Shown: positions 50,340-63,948, counted from the whole stretch's first letter. The stretch is DNA of 63,948 nucleotides, filler included, from Octopus bimaculoides (GCF_001194135.2; 6 parts of 6 records of this genome joined end to end with filler, not necessarily neighbours in it), one strand, 5' to 3'. Numbers and translations are program-made. The notes: a model not told the origin generated them from the sequence alone.

Positions 50340-51263
50340 GCAGGCAGACAGAGAGTACTATTACGCTAGTACTCTGAGAATACAACTGTCTCATGCGACC
50401 CAAAGGAGGCTGAACTGGCCTACCTAAACAGAAGCTTGGAGGAGAAGCAGGCATCATACTAACAAAAAGCAATGAATGGGTACATATCCCGTAAGCTAGA
50501 TGGCAACAACAGCATAGACATAAGAGTAGCCTCCCCTGAACATGCGACAGATACATTACATTCCACCTAGAAGGATATGCCTTCACTATCCAGGAACAGG
50601 AAGTAGGTATACCTGACAAACAAGAAGGACAAAGATACTACTAAACATCCATGTTGTGATAAAAAATGTCGGCTCTGCTATACCAGAATGGAAGATTTCA
50701 CCCACATCACCAGCAGTTAACCCAAAATGTCAACGAGACACTGTCTACCCGTGAGGTATGATATAGTTGCAAAGACTATTTACAATGCTATCTGCAGGAA
50801 GGACTACCCTGGCGTATACATCAAAGGCATGTCAGAACCAGCAGGTATTCACACCTTTAAAAACAAGGAATACTGGTGGAACACCCCAACAAAAGCATCA
50901 GTCCAGTGCAAACATAATAGACCTGATAGTGTTCCGTGGGACAGTGAACAAAAGCCATGCACTGTTGTAGAGATCAGCTGCCCAGCGGATGTGAATGTAC
51001 AATGAAAAGTTCGGGAAAAAGAGAACAAGAACATTTAGGGCGAATTAATGCAGTACTTACATATCTTGTCCTCTGGCCATGAATTCTCATTTGCACCAAT
51101 CATCATAGGTGCATTAGGCTATGTACCAACAAATTTACGCGAAAACTTAGTATTACTCGGTTTCACAAGGAAAGAGCGAAAGAAACTGACGCTGATTCTT
51201 CAAATCCAATCTATTTGTGGCACAGTAATGATATGTAAGACATTCCCAAAATTCTCAATTTGA
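50340..51263 (+). mobile_element. Second, more diverged R4-like LINE 3' part
   Basis: RYDIVAKTI...EYWWN...KHNRPD...VVEISCPAD and FAPIIIGALG, the RLE endonuclease motifs. Confidence 0.8.
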
Positions 51264-51445
51264 GATTCTTTAGATAAATAGATACACACACTTTGGTGTG
51301 TACATCGACAACTCAACCAACACACCAACTCAACAACATATTTACAAACACCAGGAACTCTCTTAACTCAAAAAAGTTCTGTTTGTTTGTTACTGACCGG
51401 CTTGAACTCTCTCAAGAACTTACATTAAACTCATAGAAACCCCTC

Positions 51446-51548
<103 letters not shown>

Positions 51549-52612
51549 AGATTTGTTTCACAAGTCTTGACGTATATACGTCAAGTCTTGTTTCACCGAG
51601 CTAACGAGGAAACCGCAAGATTGTTACTGAACGCGATAGAAAGAGCATCCAAATTTTCCTCACAATCTTCGTCTTTAAAGAGTAAAGAGAAATTGCATCC
51701 GAGGAAAAAACTGTTCATAAGTTTCTGGGGGTCAGAAATGAACTGGGACATGGCAACAAATCAGTTACTTTCTTGTATTATTGTTAGCTTTTGATTATTT
51801 TCACTGTCACTGCTTTATGTAATTTACGTTTAGTTAAAGCCTGCTAATACTATAATCATATAATCTGCAGCAAAACATGTGTCGTCTGGATTCCATTTTA
51901 GCGAATCGTTACTGTTATTTGTTACTCCCTTCGTTGAAAAACAACCTACTGGATATTAAAAGGTCATTTGTTGAAGGAGACATGACTTGTACACAGTAAT
52001 TTTATTGTTTCATCAATAAACCTTGAAGAAGAAGCATGATCAATAAAATAAGATATATAAAATAGATTTTCAGATAAGAGAAATAAAATACGGTCTTAAA
52101 TTTCACTCTTTTACATGGGAGATAAAGATCTTGTTTCAGCTATTTATCGGCCACTTTCTGTCTTTCCCTCTTTCTTTATCTTAGGTTCGTTTTATTCTTA
52201 TCATCGTTAACATCTTTTTTCCTTTTACTTGCTTCAGTCATTAGAATGCGACTATGCTGGGGCATACATATGCGACGGACTTCTTTCAGTTTCCGTCTAC
52301 CAAATCCAGTCATAAAGCTTTCGTCGACTCGAGGCTATAGTAGAAGACGCTTGCCCAAAGTGCCACGCAGTGAGACTGAACCCAGAAATATGTGGTTGGG
52401 AAACAAACTTCGTAACACACAGCCAGGCCTGCGACTATAATATTGATTTCTCTAGTTTACAATCTTTCAATAATTACAAAACATCAATGAATGTGTACGA
52501 CCGCGGCGTTTTATAACATCAAGCCGGAGGGCGTAAAGAAATTTCAAACAATTGTACGGGGGAAGGGAGCTAACATAAGGTTAACTCTCCACCCCAGGGG
52601 GTAAAGGAGGAA

Positions 52613-53441
52613 ATGAAGAGGAAAACGGTGGTTTACAGGACTAAAAAGATAGTGACAGCGTCCAAACAAGAGATAGAGAAGGCATCGAAGCCTATCATGT
52701 TCAAGCTGGCGTTTATGAGACCTGGAAGGAAATATGCTACTGTGGAGGTTCAGTTTATAACTGAGAGTGATGTCAGGGTCGACTCAGTAATCACCCTGCA
52801 GACCAAAGAACTGATCCTTTTGCCGATATACCTCGGCAAAAGAACAACAGAAATAACTGTAGAAGGGTTTGCACCAGAAATTAAACCAACATGGTTCCTG
52901 GCAGCCGCCTTCACCAACATAAAAGAGGAAGTAACACTTATGGAGTTTGAGGACAGAAGTGCCCAGAACTGGTGCGGCGAGAGCTTAAGAGCAACGATTC
53001 AAGCCCCACCAGCGGACATTGACGATATACCGGAATTCGTCATTCTTCTGGATGAAACAAAATTGAAAGTCACCGCACAGGGCAGAATTCCAAAGTGCTC
53101 CGGGTGCAGACAGAAAGGGCACATAAGAAAAACGTGCCCCCAGGACCTACAACCTGAAGCACAGGGAGAAAGCCAGTGTTCAGCAGGAGAAAGTTGAAGA
53201 GGAGGTCCCAGAGGAGAAGGGGAAGAAGAAGGAAGAGGTGATAGTGGAGAGAGAGAGATGGTCCACGACAAAGGAAGACACACCGTTGACATCAACGTCT
53301 ACAGAGATAAGTGACGGTGAATGGAAAGTTGCTGGGAGGAAGAGAAAGAAGAAAAACGCTTGTTCTCTCCCTCCCACACACAAAAGAAGTTTAAGAATAC
53401 ATAAACACGAACAAACAAGAACAAATAACATCAGAGACTAA
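52613..53441 (+). mobile_element. LINE ORF1/Gag-like protein with CCHC zinc knuckle
   Basis: 194-aa ORF with CSGCRQKGHIRKTC (C-X2-C-X4-H-X4-C); a frameshifted continuation has EWKVAGRKRKKK; no ORF2 before the spacer at 53757. Confidence 0.7.
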
Positions 53442-54829
53442 TGAAAACACTCAAAAAAGAAAAGATAAGATAAAACAATGAAGTGACTTCACAAACAACA
53501 CCAAGCAAAATAAAAAAGAAAATAATTTTTTGAAAATTTATGTACGTTTTAAAAATGTTCAATGATGTTACCTGGGTCGTGGGGCCCGGGTAATCCTCAT
53601 TTCATCTTTCTCATCATATAATCATTCATTTTACATTTGAGGCATCTTTGGCTCTACTTGGATGGTGAACGGGTGTGGTCTCTGTTTGTCAAACTGGTAC
53701 TTCCTTGGCTCACTGGTTTCGGTGAACTGAAACCTTGGATTGAGCGTAGACGAAAANNNNNNNNNNNNNNNNNNNNNNNNNNNNNNNNNNNNNNNNNNNN
53801 TTAATTAATTAANNNNNNNNNNNNNNNNNNNNNNNNNNNNNNNNNNNNNNNNNNNNCAAACCTTGAGACCAGTGCGACAATTTATTATATTATATTTACT
53901 TTTTTTTTTTTTAAAGTACGGGAAGTACTGGAGATCGCATTGAACTCATTCATATTGTCATTTATATTGCTTATGAACTCAACGATTCATTATTTTTTGA
54001 CCGGCGTGTACACCTTCGCAGATTCTTAAAAACCATATTTTAACGTGTATAAGAAACCCCCTAATTTTGCTGGCTTAAAATTTGGAAACCTAATTTTTGA
54101 CAAAAAAGGGTTCCTTATACACGTTAAAATACGGTATTTACAATTCATTCTCATCTTAAAGAAGAGAATCGGCAGAGTTTTGGAACAACTGTGCCCTCGT
54201 AGTCCCTTACCTCACCGGAAAGGGTGGAAAGAGATGTATAAAAAAAAAAGATTGGGAGCGGGGGTCAGACTGGTAATTTCAATTTCTGTTGTATGAAACA
54301 TGAGAATATTACAGAGGAAAACCGTTCTTTACTTAGCTGTTCCAAAATTCCGCCAGAAAAGTTCATCTGCTTTAGAATGTACCACTAAATATCTTTACCT
54401 TCGGAGTGGCCATTTTTGCTTTTTACCATTCTAGAATCGATAATTGTTCGCAGATAAATTTACAAGAGGTTTCAAATAATTATCCGAGCATTGCTTTGCA
54501 TATATTTAAAAGTTAAAGAAACTCTATTAAATACTTCAAACAAAAAAAAAAGTGAATTCCTGTATTTACAATTACAGATTATTTTGTTTACTTTGTTCGC
54601 TATATGTACAAAGATCGAAAATTACCATTTGTCTTAATTATATTCTCTCTTCAAAATTATGACATTGTGTTTCGGTTAGAAATTATCTACTGTATTTCAT
54701 AGACCTTTCGTGACGTAGGAAAGGCACGGTTATATATTAATCTCATCTAACAGAAACTCAGTTAAACGGATATTTTAATAACGAATGTGCTAGCGTCTTC
54801 ATATAAATGTTTCGTGCGATATTCGGCCG

Positions 54830-55200
54830 GCTTCGACATTGCCACCACGTGGGTTAATTACTGTGGGGGTTTTTTAAATAAAACTGAAAGTAAATTGATT
54901 GGATAGGCTTGTCATAAACCAGAACTAAACAGTAAACAACGAATTCCGTTTTTGCCTGACATATATAATGGCGAGAATAAAGAATACGCACACTAGGGGT
55001 TAGGGTTTTTGTTACGCCGAAAACGGGTGGGATGTACGTATTCTTAACCTTTGTACCCCCTGGTCTAAATTAAAACAACCTGTGAACATAAACCGTTGAT
55101 GCAATTAGGGATTTCTTTAAAAACCTAACTGGAAGTGACGACGGTGAATTCTGATAAACAGTATAAAACGTGAATCGTCAGGTACAATGCCATCGCTTCC
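54830..55200. promoter_or_regulatory. Possible promoter region upstream of the homeobox exon
   Basis: Repeat-poor, locally CpG-containing, with ATTGG (reverse CCAAT) at about 54898 and GGAAGTGACG (ETS/CRE-like) at 55131; motif-level evidence only. Confidence 0.2.
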
Positions 55201-58200
55201 CGTCGGTTCTTTCTGTGAAAGCTTTCTTGCAAGGATTATTGCATTGCTCCCATGTAACAGTGTTGGCTATCATTCGTCGACATACGAGTCACTGAATTAC
55301 CTCTCAGTGATGTTGTTCGTTGCCGGGTGGTATAAGTACGTTGGAACGGTGTGCCTCAGCTGCTATTTCTGAAGTTCTACATGTATAGTACCTTCTCGTG
55401 ATATTAGCAGTCACAAAAAGCTACTTTTAGATGTCTGTGGATGTGGTATAACGGAATTGTTTAAAATTAAAACTATTTTACAGTTGTTGTTTAATGAATC
55501 TGTTTTAAAACCAAAAGTCACCTATCGTTTTTCTTTTTATTCCTTCATACTTTTGCCAGTTTGTAAAGAATAATTTTAATTGTGGTTGCTGTTGTGAAAA
55601 TACGATGGGTTTTTTGTTTTTTTTTGCCTTTCCCCATTCATTTGAAATGTAGGATACAAAAATTTGAGAAAATCCTAAAACAGAAATTCCAACTTATGTG
55701 GGATGGCTGTTCTGAAAGTTCGCTTAGTTACTTTGTTTTTATTATTCATACTTCTAAATAAAACTTTTTTGTCATGACACTCAAGCATGTGTATAATATT
55801 TCAAAGCCTGCAGGCGCACTTAGATGCCCCCTTGCGGTGCACCAGTGCATCGCAGTACCCGATTTATTAATATACCCACTACCACAACCTCCACTACTTG
55901 AGGTATTGTTTATCCTATAAAAAAATGTGTCATTCCTTTCTCTTTTTACTGTCATTAAATTAAAAGCAGCTTATTTGTTTTTACTAACGTTTAGTTAATA
56001 ATATAATTGTGTGACGAAAAATTTGCTTTAATTTAGATTATATAGGTTAATCTTTAGCTTCCGTAATGCGATCGACAGAGCGTTGACACTTGAAAACTAA
56101 AAGGTTTTCCCTTACCGTTCTGAATCACTTGTTCTCCAGGTCGAGATGACCTGATGATTAAAGATAATCTTACACAATCTACCTGACTATCCCGTGTTTG
56201 TTTGTTTCTTTCTTTTTTTTTTTTCCCCGAACAGTTTATCCTTGACATTATTCTATCTTCTTTCTCCACACTTGCTTTCATGATGTTAATGGGAGTCTTT
56301 TTAAGACACTGTCTCGAGCTGACCTAATTTTTGTGAGTGGATTTGGTAGACAAACTGAAAGAAACCTGTCGCGTGTGTCTGTGTTACTGTTTTCTTCACT
56401 TCACAATGCGTCATAGTTTGTGATCGAGTGTCGCCATCATGCAGACAGTTGTCTCTCTTTCAATTCCAGTCTTTCCTGAAAACGTGTCTTCATAGGAAAA
56501 TGTTGCCTTGCGTTGGTAACGGGAAAGGCATCAAGTCGTATAAAATCTTAGTGAATTCCGTCCGGCCTTTGCGAACATGGAAAAGAGGGTACTAAAACGA
56601 TGATGATGATGATATTTCGCTCTTTAATTAAGTTCTTGTTGGCATTAACAGAGGCATGATTCATTAAATAAATGTCGGTGGAGGGGGGGTTATCCAATGT
56701 TTTTCATAAGGATTGAAAACATGCGAGGGCAGGCAAATTGCTAGGTTTTAATATGAAGATGGGTTTTAAATTTTTATGGATGCAAACTCCACTTTGTCTT
56801 CTCATAAATAAGTGGGGGACTAGGATGGGGGTGAAAATAATTCCAATGAGAACTTTAATCTTGTTTTTGATACCTTTTGTGGGGGGGTGAGGCTTCGTAA
56901 CTTCATTTTTCTTCCTCTGGGTAGTGTGTGTGTGTGTGTTAATTTCTATAACCTCGGGTCGACCCATACCTTGTTGAGTGCAATCGGATAATCGGAAAAT
57001 ATATAGCTTTTATTCATTTGTTTATTTCCATGGGAAAGTTTGTGACTACGAAGTTTTGGCCTTAGCCGTCATGGCACACATTGATAGTAACTGGTCAGTC
57101 GAAAATTGTAAAAATTAGTAAATATGTATTATGCTAAAACAAAACAAAAAAACTATTGAGTAATCTAGTTTAATGTTTTTGTATATAACTTCACACGAAA
57201 GCAATGACACAATGTTTGTGTGTGTTTATATCGTTGCTAAAATGCAAAAGTGTCGTAAGTCCAAAACGTTGCTTTTTCAGAAAACGAAAAAATAGTTTCA
57301 CCATTCCATAGCAAAAACCGTTGTACTCCACTTCGACAATTTTTGATATCTTGGCATCTGAAGCAGCTGGAGATACGATAGTTTGACCAAAAGAACCGGC
57401 GATGTTCCTTGTGGTTTTGGTGTTTGTGATATTTCTGTCGTGGTCGAGGTGTTGGCGTTGTCAGGTCATGCAGGTACTATTTCTGTCAAGCATATGACAC
57501 AAGCGGAAATTAACTCGCATCTTTGTTCTACGACCACGCAACACAATCCATAGCAACAGATCTGAACGAATACCGGTCATTTCCTGGCCCATCCTTTTTA
57601 GAAAGATGCATATGGTAGCGCCTGTTTGTGTATTTAGGGAATTTGTGTACTTTTATTATATATAATTCGATTTAATACGGTTTATTTTGCCGTTGGTCTC
57701 TTCGGTGTTGTTTTTGTTTTTCCTGATATAAACCACGTATGCTTGAGTAAAATATTTTACATGTCGAATAAACCGTAGCCAAGGAAGGGGAATCCTTTCG
57801 TTGTCGTTTTAGTCTCCTAGAAATAATAGTCAAATCTTTCTCAAATTACATGTTACTATATAAAGAGGATACACATTACATAAATTGAGATTATTTTAGA
57901 ACAAATTTAGGACGGCGAATTGGCTGAATCGTTAGAGCGTCAGGAAAATACCTTGTGGTATTTGTTCTGGTCTTCTTCTTTTTTTTTTATCACTATTTAC
58001 TGCACGTTCTGGGGTCAAATCTTGTCTTGGCCAACTTTCTCTCAAACAAAATGCCAAAATGTAATCGACTTGCCCCACCACCCCTCAAATTACGGGCCTT
58101 GTGAAATTTGATTTTAAATTCCTGTTAACGGCTTAAATGTAGCGCTTTATTAAGATGGCCCAGTGGTTAGTGCAGTGGATGGAGTCAGTCATAGGATTAT

Positions 58201-59149
58201 GGTTTCGATTCCCAGACCAGGCGTTGTGAGTGTTTATTGAGTGAAAACACCTAAAGCTCCACATGGCTCTAGCGGGGTGTAAAAGGAAAGCCTGCTGTAT
58301 TCTTCCACCACAGCTTTCTCTCTTTCTTCCTGTTTCTGTTGCACTTGTATTTCAAAGGGGCCAGCCTTGTCGCACTCTGTGTCATGCTGAATCTCCCTGA
58401 GAACTACATTAAGGGTACACGTGTCTGTGGAGTGCTCAGCCACTTGCACGTTAATTTCTCGAGCATAATATTATAAATGATACTGTTTACATTGCACTAG
58501 TAAAGTGTGAAATAGTAAATGCCATGATAACCTGGAATACTTATTATTCCCTAAGAGGAGTGGCTGTGTGGTAAGTAGCTTGCTTACCAACCACATGGTT
58601 CTGGGTTCAGTCCCACTGCGTGGCACCTTGGGCAAGTGTCTTCTACTATAGCCTCGGGCCGACCAAAGCTTGACAACCGATGCTGGTGTGTTTACGTCCC
58701 CGTAACTTAGCGGTTCGGCAAAAAGAGACCGATAAAATAGGTACTAGGCTTACAAAGCATAAGTCCTGGGGTCGATTTTCTCGACTGAAGGCGGTGCTCC
58801 AGCATGGCCGCAGTCAAATGATTGAAACAAGTAAAAGAGTAAAGAGTATATACTATATAGCAGTGCTTGAGTCAGTTTGTAACCTCTGTTGCTTAAAAAT
58901 AATTAAGCTTAATATATTCATGTTGTGAGTTCTGTTTATCATGTTGGATCTTTTTCTGTTTGGCTGCAACTTTTCAATTTCTTCAATTTTTGAAACAATT
59001 GATTTCCACAGGTGCAGCCAAACAGAAAAGATCCTTCTTGTTTGTTCTACCAAACCTATATGTAAATTCACTGATTGTTTCTTTTTTTTTAATACAGATG
59101 TATTATTAATCTTTTCTCCCTTTTTTTCTTTTTTTAACTCTCTTTGTAG

Positions 59150-59910
59150 ATAACTGCTCAAAACGAAAGCGAACTCGTGGGAATCTACCGAAGGAGGCTG
59201 TTGATTATCTCATGAAATGGCTGTATCAAAACAGATTTCGTGCCTACCCTTGTGAAGAAACAAAGCGAAAGATGGCCAAGGACACTGGTCTGACAATCCA
59301 GCAGGTCAATAACTGGTACATCAATGCTAGGCGTCGTATTCTACCAGCCCTTATATCAAGTGAAGGCAAAGAACCACGAGATTATCGAATCACACGAAGA
59401 CGCCTGGCATCTTATTCCTCTGATCAAAGCCCATCTTCACCAGCACCATCATCTCCGGCATCAGCTTCCAGTGGCCTTCCAGCGATTCGTGCCGACAGCC
59501 CTGCTCCCCCTTCCAATGCTTCGACTTCATCTTGCCGCCAGACACCAACCCCACCGTCTTCACTGACTCCCACTAGTCGATCGCATCTGGCTCAGCCGCC
59601 ATATTTACCTCTGCCACCCCCTTATTCCTTCAACAGCACCACACCAGATTGCCAAGATTATCACGACAGAACATCAGAATCGTTCCAGGACTGTCAATCA
59701 AATCTTTATCATCGTTATCCTCTTCATTTCCATTCCCATCAGTACGAACCAACTACTGCTGACTACCCGTGCAACCTTATCTACAACAACAGCAACCACA
59801 ATCACAACGTTTTACAAATCGATCCCAACCAACCCACGGACCAGTTGTTACGTACACGATATGGTAATACAGAGAGCCATTTTCGTGTTCTAGAATTTAA
59901 TATGATATAA
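59150..59910 (+). CDS. TGIF-like: TGIF-type TALE homeobox protein, main/terminal exon (phase 1 acceptor)
   Basis: Long pyrimidine tract ctctttgtAG|AT AAC...; KRKRTRGNLPKEAVDYLMKWLYQNRFRAYPCEETKRKMAKDTGLTIQQVNNWYINARRRILPALISSEGKEPRDYRITRR has the TALE AYP loop, I50 and the TGIF-specific C-terminal extension; S/P-rich tail; in-frame stop at 59107 requires splicing; AATAAA at 60059 and 60108. Confidence 0.9.
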
Positions 59911-60198
59911 GATATATTCATAATGTATTTATTTTTTTAAATATCTGCTTAGGGTTATGGTTGGTATATTTCTCTTCAAATGCTGAATACAAAATATATT
60001 TCTTAAATTGAGAACCAAGAAGAAAATATATTTTCAATATTGATATTTTTTTTTTTCAAATAAAAGTTAAATTTTAGATATTTTAAAAATATATTTTAAT
60101 GTAGAATAATAAAAAAAAAAGTATGATAAAAAGAAATTATTTTTTTGGTAGCAAAACAGTTCCATGTATAATTTTTATTTACTTTGAATATAAATATA

Positions 60199-60253
<55 letters not shown>

Positions 60254-60359
60254 NNNNNNNNNNNNNNNNNNNNNNNNNNNNNNNNNNNNNNNNNNNNTTA
60301 ATTAATTAANNNNNNNNNNNNNNNNNNNNNNNNNNNNNNNNNNNNNNNNNNNNATAAAG

Positions 60360-61230
60360 AGGGAGAGAGAAAAGAGCGAAAGAATTCCGTTTCATCCTAG
60401 CACTGCTTATCTCAATCACCTGTCATTCATCATCTCTCTCTCTCTTCAGTCTTTCACCTTACATTTTGCTTATTTCTTCCTCTCTCTCTCTCTCTCTGCT
60501 TATCTCAATCATCTGTCATTCATCATCTTTCTCTTTTCCACTCTTCATCTTCCATCTGTCTGGTGGGGGTGTAAATTACTTTTTAAACCTTTCCAGTATG
60601 ACATAACTGGCACTACTCAGAAATACACACACACACACACACACACATACAATTCCACCCACCCCTCTCTCTCTCTCTCTCTAAATTACTTTTAAAATCT
60701 TCCCAATAGGAGAAAGCCATCACTACTCACAAATACACCAACACCAACACATTCTCTTCCCCCCCCCCCCCACAAGCTCTACCACTCCTTACTCCTTTCT
60801 ATCTCTGTCTACTTTTATTTTCCCTTCACCCCAGTTTCACATTCATTCCACCACCTCCTACCAACACACATCTTCACTAACATTCACTTTCCCCTACCTT
60901 TTCTTCTTCTCATTCTCTTCATCACCTCCACCACCCTTCCCTCTCCTCTTTTCTACCCTTATCTCCCATCCTTCTCTCTCTTTTCTTATTCTTCGCCTTC
61001 TTTCTTTCTACTCTTCATCCCTTCCTAGCTTTCCCACTTTCTCCACTCCTACCTATCCACTTCACTTTGCATTCTCCACTATCTTCACTACTACGACCAT
61101 CACTCTCTCCCTCTCTTCTTTCATACCACACCCTGCCCCACCCTGCACTCAAAAATCATCACTCTTTCCCCACCCACCCTGTCTAACATCCCATCTTATC
61201 TTTCCATCTGTTTTTCTTCCACCCTGACTA
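60360..61230. repeat. Pyrimidine-rich low-complexity tract with short internal duplications
   Basis: The + strand is strongly C/T-biased; about 60400-60460 is repeated at about 60495-60550, and about 60575-60630 at 60685-60735. Confidence 0.6.
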
Positions 61231-61614
61231 TGGACTTACCTTGTGAACTGGTACAGATGGTCTCACACACACATCCCACATATACAACCATTCTTAAGCA
61301 CATATGTACACCTTTTTCACATACATAGATGAACTCACACGCGCACGCGCACTCACACACACACACGTGTATGCCTTTGATCCTATCTATGCTTAATCAG
61401 GGCCGACCTGGAGTTAAACAACAGCACATATATAAATACCAAAACTGTGCTTCTTATGAATCGGGCCTATAAGCATACTGCTTACTTGTGAAGCAGCCTA
61501 TATATGAGTGAGATGTGGTCCTCAGCCCAAGCCAGATAGGAAGGGATAGGAAGGTAGTAACAATAGAGAAAAACTGATTTTATCCATAATGGTGATGATG
61601 ACATACAATTATAT

Positions 61615-61906
61615 ATACCAGTGCAAGAGAGACAGTTGCGCTGGTATGGTCATGTGGTGAGAATGGATGGGGATAGCTGTGTGAAAAAGTGCCACACCCT
61701 AGCAGTTGAGGGAACCTGTGGAAGAGGTAGGTCCAGGAAGACCTGGGATGAGGTGGTGAGGCACGACCTTCGAACATTGGGCCTCACCGAGGCGATGACT
61801 TCTGACCAAGACCTTTGGAAATAATGCTGTGCGTGAGAAGACCCGGCAAGCCAAGTGAGACCTAAATCCAAGGCCTCTGCCAGGGATGTAGCCAGCCCAC
61901 TTATGC
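61615..61906 (+). mobile_element. RTE LINE 3' end
   Basis: QLRWYGHVVRMDGDSCVKKCHTLAVEGTCGRGRSRKTW, same family as 18500-18800(-). Confidence 0.85.
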
Positions 61907-62006
61907 NNNNNNNNNNNNNNNNNNNNNNNNNNNNNNNNNNNNNNNNNNNNTTAATTAATTAANNNNNNNNNNNNNNNNNNNNNNNNNNNNNNNNNNNNNN
62001 NNNNNN

Positions 62007-63948
62007 GAACGAACTACCGAAAGAATGAACAAACGAATGAACGAACGAAAGTGCGTGCGTACGTACGTACGATCGAACGCACGAAAGATTGAACGAACGA
62101 AAGTACGTATGTACGTATGGACGAACGAACGAACGAACGAACGTACGTGCGTACGAACGAAACAAAGAACATACGAACTAAAGAACGAAAGAAAGAAAAA
62201 ACGAACGTAAATACGTACGAACGAACGAGCGAACTTACGTTCGAACGAACAGACGAACAAAAGAACGAACGAACGAAAGAATTAAGGCACAAACATACGT
62301 ATGTACGAATGTACGAACGAACGTACGTACGTACGTACGTACGCACGAACAATCGTACGTACGTATGTACGTACGGACGTTCAAACGAACGATCGAACGA
62401 ACGAACGAACGGACGTACGAACGAACAAATTAACGAAAGAACGAAAGAACTAACGAAGCTACGTACATACATACGCACGTACGTACGAACAACCAAACGA
62501 ACGTACGTACGACATGTGTATGTACATACGTACCTGCGTACCAACGTGTGTACGTACATACATGCGTATGTACGGAATAACGAACGAACGTACGTACGTA
62601 GTTAAGTACTATGAACGAACGAACAATCGTACGTAAGTACGTACCTAAGTACGTACGCACGAATGAACAAACGAACGTACATACGTACGTACCTACGAAC
62701 GAACGAACGAACTAACGAAAGAATGAACCAACGAATGAACAAACGAACGTACGTACGTACATACGTACTTTCGTTCGTTAATTCGTGCGTACGTACTTAG
62801 GTAGGTACTTACGTACAATCGTTCGTTCGTTCGGACGTACTTACGTACTTTCGTTCCTTCTTTTGTTCCTTCGAACGTACGTAAGTACGAACGAACAAAC
62901 GTAATTACGTACGTACGTACGAACGAACGAACGATCGAACGAAAGAACGANNNNNNNNNNNNNNNNNNNNNNNNNNNNNNNNNNNNNNNNNNNNNNNNNN
63001 NNNNNNNNNNNNNNNNNNNNNNNNNNNNNNNNNNNNNNNNNNNNNNNNNNNNNNNNNNNNNNNNNNNNNNNNNNNNNNNNNNNNNNNNNNNNNNNNNNNN
63101 NNNNNNNNNNNNNNNNNNNNNNNNNNNNNNNNNNNNNNNNNNNNNNNNNNNNNNNNNNNNNNNNNNNNNNNNNNNNNNNNNNNNNNNNNNNNNNNNNNNN
63201 NNNNNNNNNNNNNNNNNNNNNNNNNNNNNNNNNNNNNNNNNNNNNNNNNNNNNNNNNNNNNNNNNNNNNNNNNNNNNNNNNNNNNNNNNNNNNNNNNNNN
63301 NNNNNNNNNNNNNNNNNNNNNNNNNNNNNNNNNNNNNNNNNNNNNNNNNNNNNNNNNNNNNNGAACGAATGAACGAACGAAAGTGCGTACGTACGTACGA
63401 ACGAACGCACGAAAGATTGAACGAACGAAAGTACGTATGTACGTAAGAACGAACGAACGAACGAACGTACGTGCGTACGAACGAAACAAAGAACATACGA
63501 ACTAAAGAACGAAATAAAGAAACAACGAACATAAATACGTACGACCGAACGTAAATACGTACGAACGAACGAGCGAACTTACGTTCGAACGAACAGACGA
63601 ACAAAAGAACGAACGAACGAAAGAATTAAGGCAAAATCATACGTACGAATGAATGGACGAACTAACGAACGTAGTACGTACGTATGTGCGAATGTACGAA
63701 CGAACGTACGTACGTACGTACGCACGAACAATCGTACGTACATATATACGTACGGACGTTCAAACGAACGATCGAACGAACGAACGGACGTACGAACGAA
63801 CAAATTAACGAAAGAACGAAAGAACTAACGAAGCTACGTACATACATACGTACGTACGTACGAACGACCAATCGAACGTACGTACGACATGCGTATGCAC
63901 ATACGTACCTGCGTACCAACGTGTGTACGTACGTACATGCGTATGTAC
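62007..63948. repeat. Complex ACGA/ACGT-based satellite with higher-order repeat
   Basis: Built almost entirely of GAAC/GTAC/ACGA tetramers; about 62030-62580 recurs at about 63363-63948. Confidence 0.85.

Noticed and set aside
55305-55372. Possible C/D snoRNA (GTGATGT...CTGA)
   Set aside because: Imperfect C box, no terminal stem and no identifiable rRNA complement.
57392-57473. Signal-peptide-like MFLVVLVFVIFLSWSRC followed by GT sites
   Set aside because: Phase 0 donors do not fit the homeobox acceptor, and GT-rich composition explains the hydrophobicity.

Overview
AT-rich, microsatellite- and retroelement-dense eukaryotic DNA, most consistent with an octopus genome (inferred from the SINE/LINE repertoire; not verified). 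Five 100-bp N/TTAATTAATTAA/N spacers show the window is stitched from six assembly blocks, so adjacency across them is unproven. Recognisable host genes, both on + and read by hand: the last two exons of a divergent equilibrative nucleoside transporter (SLC29/ENT; 32635-32834, 35597-35762) and the main exon of a TGIF-type TALE homeobox gene (59150-59910). The standout, invisible in the ORF track, is a tandem array of seven homologous cassette exons (3176-8874, +). All are 111-144 nt, multiples of 3, phase 1-1 and stop-free, and each encodes a different hydrophobic, transmembrane-like segment, mostly followed by basic residues. Their splice flanks are conserved while their interiors are highly diverged. 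This suggests a Dscam-like alternative-transmembrane-domain cassette, with a candidate shared tail exon at 14764-14827. Also present: Penelope-type minimal hammerhead ribozyme motifs, a fold-back element with head-to-head telomere-like repeats, Helitron, Tx1/L1, RTE, R4/HERO-like and Tigger remnants, a tRNA-Phe pseudogene and a CpG-rich ACGA/ACGT satellite.
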